Below, piece by piece: positions 10,797 to 23,145 of a stretch of DNA of 34,240 bases; position 1 is the stretch's first letter, and each line of letters opens with the position of its first letter. The stretch is from Macrostomum lignano (lineage: Eukaryota). Below the pieces are notes generated by a model. That model saw nothing but the letters and a program-made list of their open reading frames with translations. It made no database searches and was not told where the DNA came from. The position numbers were made by a program, and so were the translations under genes. The stretch covers positions 1-34,240 of the forward strand of contig NIVC01004818.1 of the NCBI GenBank assembly GCA_002269645.1, given 5' to 3'.

Positions 10797-12993
10797 TATC
10801 ACTCTGGGGACACAGCTCTATTTCAATTATCACACTGTGGACACAGCTCTATTTCAACTATCACACTGTGGACACAGCTCTATTTCAATTATCACACTGT
10901 GGACACAGCTCTATTTCAACTATCACACTGTGGACACAGCTCTATTTCAACTATCACACTGTGGACACAGCTCTATTTCAACTATCACACTGTGGACACA
11001 GCTCTATTTCAACTATCACACTGTGGACACAGCTCTATTTCAACTATCACACTGTGGACACAGCTCTATTTCAACTATCACACTGTGGACACAGCTCTAT
11101 TTCAATTATCACACTGTGGACACAGCTCTATTTCAATTATCACACTGTGGACACAGCTCTATTTCAATTATCACACTGTGGACACAGCTCTATTTCAACT
11201 ATCACACTGTGGACACAGCTCTATTTCAACTATCACACTGTGGACACAGCTCTATTTCAACTATCACACTGTGGACACAGCTCTATTTCAACTATCACAC
11301 TGTGGACACAGCTCTATTTCAACTATCACACTGTGGACACAGCTCTATTTCAACTATCACACTGTGGACACAGCTCTATTTCAATTATCACACTGTGGAC
11401 ACAGCTCTATTTCAATTATCACACTGTGGACACAGCTCTATTTCAACTATCACACTGTGGACACAGCTCTATTTCAACTATCACACTGTGGACACAGCTC
11501 TATTTCAACTATCACACTGTGGACACAGCTCTATTTCAACTATCACACTGTGGACACAGCTCTATTTCAACTATCACACTGTGGACACAGCTCTATTTCA
11601 ATTATCACACTGTGGACACAGCTCTATTTCAACTATCACACTGTGGACACAGCTCTATTTCAATTATCACACTGTGGACACAGCTCTATTTCAACTATCA
11701 CACTGTGGACACAGCTCTATTTCAATTATCACACTGTGGACACAGCTCTATTTCAACTATCACACTGTGGACACAGCTCTATTTCAATTATCACACTGTG
11801 GACACAGCTCTATTTCAATTATCACACTGTGGACACAGCTCTATTTCAATTATCACACTGTGGACACAGCTCTATTTCAATTATCACACTGTGGACACAG
11901 CTCTATTTCAATTATCACACTGTGGACACAGCTCTATTTCAATTATCACACTGTGGACACAGCTCTATTTCAACTATCACACTGTGGACACAGCTCTATT
12001 TCAACTATCACACTGTGGACACAGCTCTATTTCAACTATCACACTGTGGACACAGCTCTATTTCAATTATCACACTGTGGACACAGCTCTATTTCAACTA
12101 TCACACTGTGGACACAGCTCTATTTCAATTATCACACTGTGGACACAGCTCTATTTCAATTATCACACTGTGGACACAGCTCTATTTCAATTATCACACT
12201 GTGGACACAGCTCTATTTCAACTATCACACTGTGGACACAGCTCTATTTCAACTATCACACTGTGGACACAGCTCTATTTCAACTATCACACTGTGGACA
12301 CAGCTCTATTTCAATTATCACACTGTGGACACAGCTCTATTTCAATTATCACACTGTGGACACAGCTCTATTTCAATTATCACACTGTGGACACAGCTCT
12401 ATTTCAATTATCACACTGTGGACACAGCTCTATTTCAATTATCACACTGTGGACACAGCTCTATTTCAATTATCACACTGTGGACACAGCTCTATTTCAA
12501 CTATCACACTGTGGACACAGCTCTATTTCAATTATCACACTGTGGACACAGCTCTATTTCAACTATCACACTGTGGACACAGCTCTATTTCAATTATCAC
12601 ACTGTGGACACAGCTCTATTTCAACTATCACACTGTGGACACAGCTCTATTTCAATTATCACACTGTGGACACAGCTCTATTTCAATTATCACACTGTGG
12701 ACACAGCTCTATTTCAATTATCACACTGTGGACACAGCTCTATTTCAACTATCACACTGTGGACACAGCTCTATTTCAATTATCACACTGTGGACACAGC
12801 TCTATTTCAATTATCACACTGTGGACACAGCTCTATTTCAACTATCACACTGTGGACACAGCTCTATTTCAATTATCACACTGTGGACACAGCTCTATTT
12901 CAACTATCACACTGTGGACACAGCTCTATTTCAACTATCACACTGTGGACACAGCTCTATTTCAATTATCACACTGTGGACACAGCTCTATTT
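10797..12993. repeat. 31-bp intronic minisatellite (acactgtggacacagctctatttcaaYtatc), about 70 copies
   Basis: Read directly. Essentially the only variable position is C/T. Lies in intron 10709-13017. Confidence 0.98.
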
Positions 12994-13017
12994 AAAAAAT
13001 TTCCCTATCAAATGCAG

Positions 13018-13208
13018 CCACTTGGACAAAGGAGAACGGAACTGCAACTGGCCAGCTATCAAACGATGGCGACCGCTTGAGGCTGGTGTCAGCAGACTGC
13101 GACCACTCCTTGAACATCGCCGCGGCCGCCGCGACCGACTCCGGGCTCTACAGGATCGACCTGACTGGCCCGGACGGTGCCAAAGAGACCGCCTGCTTCT
13201 CGTTGCAG
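13018..13208 (+). CDS. unc-22: Twitchin exon: last Ig domain (not shown in the correct frame in the ORF track)
   Basis: atgcag|(A)TWTKENG...HSLNIAAAAATDSGLYRIDLTGPDGAKETACFSLQ|gtaaaa. Ig W and DSGxY motifs are present, and phase 1 matches the previous exon. Confidence 0.85.
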
Positions 13209-13282
13209 GTAAAAAGTTTGCCACTTTAATCCCGTTTGTTTCCGCTGCATAGGGTGGGAATATAATTTGACCCAGTTTAGTT

Positions 13283-13752
13283 CCTCTAGACCATGTGCTG
13301 GAACCTCTAGATCCGGTGCTGGAACCTCTAGACCCTGTGCTGGAACCTCTAGATCCGGTGCTGGAACCTCTAGACCCTGTGCTGGAACCTCTAGATCCGG
13401 TGCTGGAACCTCTAGACCCTGTGCTGGAACCTCTAGATCCGGTGCTGGAACCTCTATAGACCCAGAAATGGAACCTCTAGACCCGGTGCTGGAACCTCTA
13501 GACCCAGAAATGGAACCTCTAGACCCGATGCTGGAACCTCTAGACCCGGAAATGGAACCTCTAGACCCAGAAATGGAACCTCTAGACCCGGTGCTGGAAC
13601 CTCTAGACCCTGTGCTGGAACCTCTAGATCCGGTGCTGGAACCTCTAGACCCGGTATTGGAACCTCTAGACCCGGTACTGGAACCTCTAGATCCGGTGCT
13701 GGAACCTCTAGACCCGGTATTGGAACCTCTAGACCCGGTACTGGAACCTCTC
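13283..13752. repeat. 21-bp intronic minisatellite (ctggaacctctagacccggtg)
   Basis: About 22 copies between donor 13209 and a candidate acceptor at 13781-13782. Confidence 0.96.
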
Positions 13753-13782
13753 TGACAGCCACACTGCTTTCCCTCACTCCAG

Positions 13783-13797
13783 ATTCTGCCGTGCTGA
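13783..13797 (+). CDS. unc-22: Probable terminal coding exon of twitchin (ILPC*)
   Basis: ttccctcactccag|att ctg ccg tgc tga. Phase 0 completes the last Ig strand (FSLQ-I). Very short, so weakly supported. Confidence 0.5.
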   Translation: MLPC

Positions 13798-14118
13798 CGC
13801 TTGAGAAGAACCACAAAAGCATCCCAAAAGTGAAAGAGAGGAGAGGAAGAGAGAAGGAGTGACTCACCAGCAAGTCGCCAGTCTGCCGCTCGCAATTAAT
13901 TGCTTTAGCTACAGCGAGTTGGAAGCGAGTGGATCTTCTCTGAGACCCGCTACCCCGTTAGACTAATGAAAAATTTTTACCAAACCATTTCTGTCTAGCC
14001 TAGCGGCCTGTTTCTCAGCCTCCTTGTTTCTAGCAATTCTTCGTCGTCTTTTTTCTCTCTGGCTTCCAAGTCTGGAAGCAAACAGTTTTGAATTGCTGCT
14101 TTTGTTGCTGGATTTTGA

Positions 14119-14564
14119 CACAGATACTAAAATAACTGGATGGGCCACTCAGCACATTTGCGTGTAAGCTACTTTCTGTTCAGTAGTAAGTTAAACAGAA
14201 GCATTTTATTTTATTTTTAAAGTCAAGGCTCATTTATTGGTTCTTACCCCAGCTTAAACCCTCCAACTGCGCCTTTCCACACTACCCCCCGCCCCACCCC
14301 AAGTTTTATTGCCTTTCTCGGAATTCCAGCCTAAAGCCACCATGTACATTTCAGTGGACTGGCTAATGTACATTATTTCTGAACCAATTAGCAAGCTGTT
14401 TACGCCTTCAAGCTTGGGCTTCTAAACGTATCAAAGCCATTTCGGCTGCCTTTATTTTTATGAAATAGTTTATGTATTCTTCTTTGCTACTGAACTGAAA
14501 GTAGAAAGCTGTTTTACTAAGTATATGTGCCTGAGTGGCCCATCCAGTTATTTTAGTATCTGTG
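14119..14564. mobile_element. MITE (446 bp) with ~39-bp TIRs and an 8-bp TSD; CACAG terminus is compatible with the P superfamily
   Basis: cacagatactaaaataactggatgggccactcag at 14119 is the exact reverse complement of 14531-14564. gattttga occurs at both 14111-14118 and 14565-14572. Confidence 0.88.
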
Positions 14565-15566
14565 GATTTTGAGTAGCTATTTTACAGAGGAACTGCCTCC
14601 GACCCGCCTCCCAATGCTTCCGCCGGGACATTTACCTGCTTTACTGCTTGCTGCTTCCGCTCTAGCCTAATATATTGATTATTTAATTATACTACTTCAT
14701 TCACTAATGCTTTCCTAACCCATCCCCCAATCCTGCAATGCAAATGGAGTTGCTTCTTGCAGTTCTTGTCATTTATTACGTCATTGATTTTAATCAGTTT
14801 CGATTTACTAATAATAACCCTCTGCCTGCTGACAATAAATAGTAGAGCGACTGTCCAAGCTGATAGGGAAATGGAGAGGCAGAACTCGAAATCGCTTTCT
14901 AGACCATATTTTTGTTTTTTTCGAATTGAATCGTCTGTCTGAATATCTCCACCTCTCTCTCTGTCCATCTCTCTCTTCCTCACCTCTCTCTCCTCTCCAA
15001 GCACCCTGTTAGCACTGTTCCTATTATATTATTAATAATTAATTATCAAACTTTCTGCAACATACTACTGCTAATCTTATTAAAATAATAATTCTAAATA
15101 AATTAAAAGTTGCATCTATTTCAAGTCTGCTGCCCACCAGGCATGCTTACTAGCGATCTTCTCTTTTTTGGCTAATCGTAATTCCGCTTATCTGGAAATA
15201 GGGGGGGGGTGGCTTGGGGCAGTAATTACTCATTCCTATCAGCCCACCCAGTCTCCCAGCTAATTGTGATTAATTTCTTCTGGGCTGTGCACGAGCAGAG
15301 AAATTCAAAGCGATGCCAGTGTAAAAGTACAATCTCTTCGGCATTTGGCAGAGAAAAATTTGGGGAGTCATCAAAAATTGTAAGAAAGACATATTGGGTG
15401 GCTGTGTGCCGAGAGAAAAGGGAGAGTAGAGTGACCGACTTACTCGAGTGACTGACTCATTTAGCAAGGGAGCAATGTGACAAGCTAGTGTTATTAAAAA
15501 AAGAAGAATAACGAATAAAGCAATGCGAAATGCTTAAATAATTGGGAGTAGTGTAAGAGTGAGAGG

Positions 15567-16556
15567 CTAGAGTGACAGGCTAGAGTGGCAGGCTAGAGTG
15601 ACAGGCTAGAGTGACAGGCTAGAGTGACAGGCTAGAGTGACAGGCTAGAGTGACAGGCTAGAGTGACAGACTAGAGTGACAGACTAGAGTGAGAGACTAA
15701 AGTGAGAGGCTAGAGTGACATGCTAGGCTAGAGTGAGAGGCTAGAGTGACAGACTAGAGTGAGAGACTAGATTGAGAGGCTAGAGTGAGAGGCTAGAGTG
15801 ACAAGCTATAGTGACAGGCTAGAGTAAGAGGCTAGAGTGACGGGCTAGAGTGACAGGCTAGAATGAGAGGCTAGAGTGAGAGGCTAGAGTGACATGCTAG
15901 AGTGACAGGCTAGAGTGAGAGGCTAGAGTGACAGGCTAGAGTGAGAGGCTATAGTGACAGGCTAGAGTGACAGGCTAGAGTGAGAGGCTAGAGTGACAGG
16001 CTAGAGTGAGAGACTAGATTGAGAGGCTAGAGTGACAGGCTAGAGTGACAGGCTAGAGTGAGAGGCTAGAGTGAGAGGCTAGAGTGACATGCTAGAGTGA
16101 GAGGCTAGAGTGACAGGCTAGAGTGACATGCTAGAGTGAGAGGCTAGAGTGACATGCTAGAGTGACAGGCTATAGTGACATGCTAGAGTGACAGGCTATA
16201 GTGAGAGGCTATAGTGAGAGGCTAGAGTGAGATGCTAGAGTGACAGGCTAAGGTGACATGCTAGAGTGACAGGCTATAGTGACAGGCTAGAGTGACAGGC
16301 TAGAGTGAGAGGCTAGAGTGACAGGCTAGAGTGACAGGCTAGAGTGAGAGGCTAGAGTGACAAGCTAGAGTGACAGGCTAGAGCGACAGGCTAGAGTGAC
16401 AGGCTAGAGTGAGAGGCTAGAGTGAGAGACTAGAGTGACAGGCTAGAGTGAGAGACTAGAGTGACAGGCTAGAGTGACAGGCTAGAGTGAGAGACTAGAG
16501 TGACAGGCTAGAGTGACAAGCTAGAGTGACATGTTAGAGTGAGAGACTAGAGTGAG
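15567..16556. repeat. 13-bp tandem repeat (gctagagtgacag and variants)
   Basis: Read directly. Confidence 0.97.
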
Positions 16557-16979
16557 GCTCTCCTTGCACCAGGCAGAATCCAATCAGCTAGGAGAGGCCA
16601 AGACCCTGCACTCCCATCCAAATCTTGGCTAATAAACGTACGAGTCCAGTTCGATTTCAAGTGGACATCAGAGCAGCTTCCCTGAGCGCTCTCTCTCTCT
16701 CTCTCCGGGTCTCCTGCATCCACAACAGGTTGGCCTCAACGGCAGGCAGCCCCTTGGTAAAGCAGCCAAGTCCTAACGCAGTTTCTCCAGACTCAAATGT
16801 GAGTAGTTAATGGAATAATTAATGACTGGGGAATTCGTACTTTTTACTTTCTTTTGCAAGAAACATACGATAGAAAAGCTCAAGACAGCGGACAAGACAA
16901 CCAAACTTTCTTTGGAATAGAAAGTGCAAAAGTTCAATAGGGGTTTTATAGGCTGACGGAAAGTGCTTAAACCTTCTGT

Positions 16980-18072
16980 TGGCGCCAGATGGACAGCGGG
17001 AGGGGCGCCAGATGGACAGTAGGAGTGGCGCCAGATGGACAGTAGGAGTGCAGGCGCCAGATGGACAGCAGGAGTGGCGCCAGATGGACAGTAGGAGTGG
17101 CGCCAGTTGGACAGCAGGAGTGGCGCCAGATGGACAGCAGGAGTGGCGCCAGATGGACAGTAGGAGTGGCGCCAGTTGGACAGCAGGAGTGGCGCCAGAT
17201 GGACAGCAGGAGTGGCGCCAGATGGACAGTAGGAGTGGCGCCAGATGGACAGTAGGAGTGGTGCCAGATGGACAGTAGGAGTGGCGCCAGATGGACAGTA
17301 GGAGTGGCGCCAGATAGACAGTAGGAGTGGCGCCAGATAGACAGCAGGAGTGGCGCCAGATGGACAGTAGGAGTGGTGCCAGATGGACAGTAGGAGTGGC
17401 GCCAGATAGACAGTAGGAGTGGCGCCAGTTTGACGGCAGGAGTGGCGCCAGATGGACAGCAGGAGCGCCGCCAGATGGACAGCGGGAGGGGCGCCAGCTT
17501 GACGGCAGGAGTGGCGCCAGTTTGACGGCAGGAGTGGCGCCAGATGGACAGCAGGAGTGGCGCCAGATGGACAGCAGAAGTGGCGCCAGATGGACAGTAG
17601 GAGTGGCGCCAGATAGACAGTAGGAGTGGCGCCAGATAGACAGCAGGAGTGGCGCCAGATGGACAGTAGGAGTGGTGCCAGATGGACAGTAGGAGTGGCG
17701 CCAGATAGACAGTAGGAGTGGCGCCAGTTTGACGGCAGGAGTGGCGCCAGATGGACAGCAGGAGCGCCGCCAGATGGACAGCGGGAGGGGCGCCAGCTTG
17801 ACGGCAGGAGTGGCGCCAGTTTGACGGCAGGAGTGGCGCCAGATGGACAGCAGGAGTGGCGCCAGATGGACAGCAGAAGTGGCGCCAGATGGACAGCAGG
17901 AGTGGCGCCAGATGGACAGCAGGAGTGGCGCCAGATAGACAGCAGGAATGGCGCCAGATAGACTGCAGGAGTGGCGCCAGATAGACAGCAGGAGTGGCGC
18001 TAGATGGGCAGTAAGAGTGGCGCCAGATAGACAGCAGGAGTGGCGCCTGATGGGCAGTAGGAGTGGTGCCAG
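16980..18072. repeat. 23-bp tandem repeat (ggagtggcgccagatggacagca)
   Basis: Read directly. A block of variant units appears duplicated (~17370-17580 and ~17670-17880). Confidence 0.96.
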
Positions 18073-18344
18073 TGTAAAATATTCTACGCATAAATAGATT
18101 CGAAAAAGATTCAGAAAAGATTCAGGAAAGATTCGGGAAAGATTCGGGAAAAATTTGGAAAAGATTCACAAAAACCGCCCAAAGGCCGGACGCCGCTCCG
18201 GAGCTCCCGTGGCAGCTACAGCAGCCGCAGCAAACGCGAATCGACCGCGCCGCTGTCGCCGCCGCTCCGCCGCGCCTCCTCCCAATCCGGTTTGGAGCCG
18301 GCGCCTCCGCCAGAGCCGTCAGCTGCCGGGGCAACACCAACCGA

Positions 18345-18734
18345 GTGACCAACTTTGTAGTTTCGGCCGTGACGGCACTCTGCTTCAACTGCCTGCTAGG
18401 CGGCGTCGCCGTCGCCCTGTCGATGCGTTCGCACAGCCTGCTGGCCCGCGGCGATCGACGCGACGCCGAAGGCCAACCGTCGAGAGCGGCCGCTGATAGG
18501 CGACGCGCTGTGGCCTACGGCCGCGTGGCCGCAGTGTGCAGCTGCCTGGGAGTGCTCAGCACCATGCTGGGCCTCATCTGGCTGTTCAGCCAGCCAAACG
18601 TGGCCAGACTGGCCGCCTACTTGGCCAGCATCGATCTCGGCGGGCAGCGAGCTGCGGCCGGGTCGGGGGTTGGGGCCGGCCGAGACGGCGGCGCAGTTCG
18701 GGGCAGCCTGGAGAGATTCGCCAGGCAGGACTGA
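18345..18734 (+). CDS. Probable CD225/dispanin (IFITM/PRRT-like) membrane protein; 5' end not found
   Basis: VTNFVVSAVTALCFNCLLGGVAVALS...LARGD...AE...AVAYGRVAAVCSCLGVLSTMLGLIWLF: two hydrophobic segments with Cys near the first and a GD motif in the loop, as in CD225 domains. The frame is open back to a TAA at 18075 with no ATG. Confidence 0.6.
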   Translation: MTNFVVSAVTALCFNCLLGGVAVALSMRSHSLLARGDRRDAEGQPSRAAADRRRAVAYGRVAAVCSCLGVLSTMLGLIWLFSQPNVARLAAYLASIDLGGQRAAAGSGVGAGRDGGAVRGSLERFARQD

Positions 18735-18819
18735 CTGCAACCGTTAGCCAGTTAGGCCAGCATATAGTTACAGCTCGGTTGCCTGTAGCTATGTAGGCTG
18801 CAGGCTTTGTCTGTCGAAT

Positions 18820-19640
18820 ACAAGTATTGTATCTGCGTGCTGCATGTCTATGGCCTAAGTGTGTCTATCTATGACCTATAGCTGTATCTGTCTATGGCCT
18901 AGCTGTATCTGTCTATGGCCTAGCTGTATCTGTCTATGGCCTAGCAGTATCTGTCTATGGCCTAGCTGTATCTGTCTATGGCCTAGCTGTATCTGTCTAT
19001 GGCCTAGCTGTATCTGTCTATGGCCTAGCTGTATATGTCTATGGGCTAGCTGTATCTGTCTATGGCCTAGCTACATCTGTCTATGGCCTAGCTGCATCTG
19101 TCTATGGCCTAGCTGTATATGTCTATGTCCTAGCTGTATATGTCTATGTCCTAGCTGTATATGTCTATGGCCTAGCTGCATCTGTCTATGGCCTAGCTGT
19201 ATCTGTCTATGGCCTAGCTGTATATGTCTATGGTCTAGCTGTATCTGTCTATGGCCTAGCTGTATATGTCTATGGCCTAGCTGTATATGTCTATGGCCTA
19301 GCTGTATATGTCTATGGCCTAGCTGTATATGTCTATGTCCTAGCTGTATATGTCTATGGCCTAGCTGCATCTGTCTATGGCCTAGCTGTATCTGTTTATG
19401 GCCTAGCTGTATATGTCTATGGTCTAGCTGTATCTGTCTATGGCCTAGCTGTATATGTCTATGGCCTAGCTGTATATGTCTATGGCCTAGCTGTATATGT
19501 CTGTGGCCTAGCTGTATATGTCTGTGGCCTAGCTGTATATGTCTATGGCCTAGCTGTATATGTGTATGGCCTAGCTGCATCTGTCTATGGCCTAGCTGCA
19601 TATGTCTATGGCCTAACTGTATCTGTACATGGCCTGGCTG
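18820..19640. repeat. 21-bp tandem repeat (gcctagctgtatctgtctatg)
   Basis: Read directly. Confidence 0.96.
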
Positions 19641-20820
19641 TCAGAGCTACTCCCGTCTATGGACTAAAGCGAATACATGAGTTCAAATATGCGGATAAAT
19701 CAGAATTCGCAGGGCTGTCTTAAATTTCAATAGCTATGTAAACTTGTGTCAGCTCTGAGCCACAAAATAAATATATCTACAAAATGGGTAAATTTGAAAA
19801 TTTCAGGATTATACTTGTTAACAATACAATGATGTCATTTCACAATAGAACTGGACACCAAGAGGACAACTGATGAGGTGGATGAGGTGTGTGCAGGAGA
19901 GACTGTGACCCTCAAAAATGCAGCAGAAGCTTGTTGCAGATTTTCCTGTTGCTCCTGCTGACCTCCCTGTCTGGCGCACGCAGACATTTTGAATTAACTG
20001 TCAAATTACCCGTGAAGACCTGTCAGCCGACAAATTTCAATTCACCATTGACAAATTCGAAGTTGAGATGATATATTATTTAACTACTATTAGTAGCGCA
20101 AAAATGACAAAATCAAACAAAGGAAATGAAAACTATTTTTAGCATCAATTTTTTACGACAACGTTAATTAGCACGGCATTGAATACAATGGCAACTTGAA
20201 TGTACTGTATTTCTAATATTCATGTACTCAGCATTTCAAACAGCTCAATAAAATATGCCATACTGAAATTAAACAGGTCACGATCCAAGTCTGCAATCCT
20301 ATTTGTTAGACAAACAAAAATAAGACCTGACTAAGCGTAGTTATACATGCTAGAGACGAATATAAACAAGACGCTATTGACAAATCTAAACAACAGTATT
20401 AACATTAGAATCTGCCAGAGACGAAGGGAAAAATCCCTCAACTTGGGACAATAAAGGGCATTTGAAGCCGACCGGATGCGACTAATAAACCATTGTTAAA
20501 ACAAAGTTAATAAACAATAAAACAGACGAGATTAACTTCTTAGTGAAAAGCACAACGACAGCGTGCGGTTTTGAATTTAACTGCACAAACCGGTGTGAAG
20601 CTTGCTGACGCCAAGTATTAACAGATTTGGTATGTACAGTGCCAAACTCCCCTGCCAGACAGACTCGACTCCATGGTGCTTGTCGTGCGATTCCAGCCGT
20701 TATGAGGGCCAACCCCAAGGCTGAGGGCGCGCGTGCTTAACAATGAGAAAGCCAGGGCAGCCGCACACCCTGCGCGCGTTAGGGCTTACGACAGTGACCA
20801 AAGCCTGTTCTTGAAACTAG

Positions 20821-21540
20821 CTGACTGCCTGCCTGACTGCCTGCCTGACTGACTGACTGACTGACTGACTAAATGACTGACTGACTGCCTGACTGACTGA
20901 CTGACTGACTGACTGACTGACTGCCTGACTGACTAACTGCCTGACTGACTGACTGGCTGACTGACTGGCTGACCGACTGCCTGACTGACTGACTGGCTGA
21001 CTGACTAACTGACTGACTAACTGCCTGACTAACTGCCTGACTGACTGACTGGCTGACTGACTGGCTGACTGACTGACTGGCTGACTGACTGCCTGACTGA
21101 CTAACTGCCTGACTGACTGCCTGACTGACTGACTGGCTGACTGACTGACTGACTGACTGGCTGACTGACTGGCTGACTGGCTGACTGACTGGCTGACTGA
21201 CTAACTGACTGACTAACTGCCTGACTAACTGCCTGACTGACTGACTGGCTGACTGACTGGCTGACTGACTGACTGGCTGACTGACTGCCTGACTGACTAA
21301 CTGCCTGACTGACTGACTGACTGACTGACTGACTAACTGACTGACTGACTGCCTGACTGACTAACTGCCTGACTGACTGACTGGCTGACTGACTGACTGA
21401 CTGACTGGCTGACTGACTGACTGACTGACCAACTAACTAACTGACTGACTAACTAACTAACTGACTGACTGACTGACTGACTGACTGACTGATTAACTAA
21501 CTAAATAACTAACTAACCTACTAACAAGTAAACTAACTAA
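20821..21540. repeat. (GACT)n-type microsatellite with GCCT/GGCT/AACT variants
   Basis: Read directly. Drifts to (AACT)n at the 3' end. Confidence 0.97.
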
Positions 21541-23074
21541 CTAGCGACAAGTGGAGTCTATAAAGCACTAGACAGGTACAACCTGGACAAATCTTCAACA
21601 ATTAGGGCAATTCGAACGTCAGCTAGCAGACAGGCTTTGCTCATCAACTAGGACAAATCCAGGATGAAGCCAGCAGGCATTGCCAGCAGGGGAGAGATTC
21701 AATACTAAGAGTCAGGCAAAGACAGAGATAACGCAATAAAGTAAGTTACACAATAAAACTCAAACAGTTATATTTTACACAGGCTCAGCAATGAGACGAG
21801 ACTAGGCCATTGGGCGTGTATGCAGAGCAAGCAGGTGCTGAAAGCATATAGGCGTTATAAAAACACTCGCCATGCGCAAGCAATCAGAATTGAAGCATCA
21901 AAATCTAAAATGGCCAAATCAATAATATTGCAACAGTTAAAACAAAACGCTCACACAATCTGCCAGTAGTGTCAGCATCTAACCAGCAATAGAATAGGTT
22001 TTTAAAAACAACGACAAAGGAAGCAGCAGAGGGAAACGTTGAAAAAAACATTTTTTAGAATTCTGAGTTAACTGACGAGGCCAAAACCAGAGGCATAGTG
22101 ACACTCACGCCGTTGGTACTTAAGTTAAAAAAACAACAACAACAGAGATCGGGGTAAAGAGGTATGGGAATGCGACTCTTTCAAAAACAATTTACACCAT
22201 TCTTACTTACTACTTTGGAAAATTTGCACTCAATTCAGATTCGCGTCATGTATTCTTTCCTTGCTACTGGTTAGTAGGCTAGCTAGCATAATTTACACAT
22301 CTGAACACACACTCAAAGGTTTCTTAAAAAAGTTAGGAGGCAGGTTTTACTGAAAAAGTACAATACGGAAATTGTTATTGCTTTTGATAGAAGGAAAACC
22401 CAGTGTTCATCTTTTGGTATAGCTTGCCTTTCTTATACGCTTTTTATATATATTTAAAGCTATTGTTCAGAAAATCAGGATTCCATGTTAATTTGATATC
22501 CGCAAATGTATTTTTCGATAAAAACCAGCCTCCTAAAACTTTTCCAAGAAACGTAGTTCCTGTCCTTTTACTTAAGTAGTCCTTGTCTGTGTTTGTCTCT
22601 TCACATTCTTTCCCTACTACTAATCAGTAGGCGATCATTGCTTTTGTCATGACGCACTAAGTTAGAAAACGGAAATCCCAAGTTGAAAGCCCATAGAACA
22701 GAGTTGGGCCATAGACAACATGCAAACACTCACTCTGTTAAGAGACAAACAAATTTGCGTTTTGTCTCTGGCACAAACGAGCCAAAATTTTCGAAGCCTG
22801 TTGTCTATCTTAGCTGTACTCGATCGAACCTTGCACAGACAGAGAGACAGCAGACAGGTCTCTGGTTCATTTTCCACAGCCACAGTCGGCCATAAGCCAC
22901 ACGCCGTCCTCTGCCACCACTCTTAGAGTGCACAGACGGTTATTTTATGGAGACATTCTTTTGTCGTGAAAGAGATCTGAGAGATTTTACAATAAAAATC
23001 TTTATTCGTCTACTTTTCTCAGTAGTCTAAATTGAAGAATCTCCCACAAATGACAGTGAATCATAGACAATAGA

Positions 23075-23145
23075 GGTTGTAGCCTAGTGGTTAGAGCGTC
23101 GGAATCGCGACTTGAAAGGTCGGGGGTTCGATTCCTGATTCGACA
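23075..23145 (+). mobile_element. tRNA-derived SINE head or tRNA pseudogene
   Basis: Pol III A box tagcctagtgg and B box ggttcgattcc. Anticodon and acceptor stems pair poorly. Similar to the reverse complement of 25118-25183. Confidence 0.65.

Noticed and set aside
10797-12993. CACTGTG (RAG/Transib RSS heptamer) in every 31-bp unit
   Set aside because: No nonamer at 12- or 23-bp spacing and no Transib/RAG coding sequence nearby, so it is probably coincidental.
10792-13252. Long ORFs (698-794 aa) across the 31-bp array
   Set aside because: They result from a stop-free repeat lying inside GT-AG intron 10709-13017, whose flanking exons join in phase to complete an Ig domain.
18859-19680. Cys-rich (SCICLWP)n ORF
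   Set aside because: Translation of a 21-bp tandem repeat with a non-ATG start and no signal peptide or unique domain.
23075-23145. Functional tRNA gene
   Set aside because: A and B boxes are present but the anticodon and acceptor stems pair poorly, and a related copy has a SINE body.
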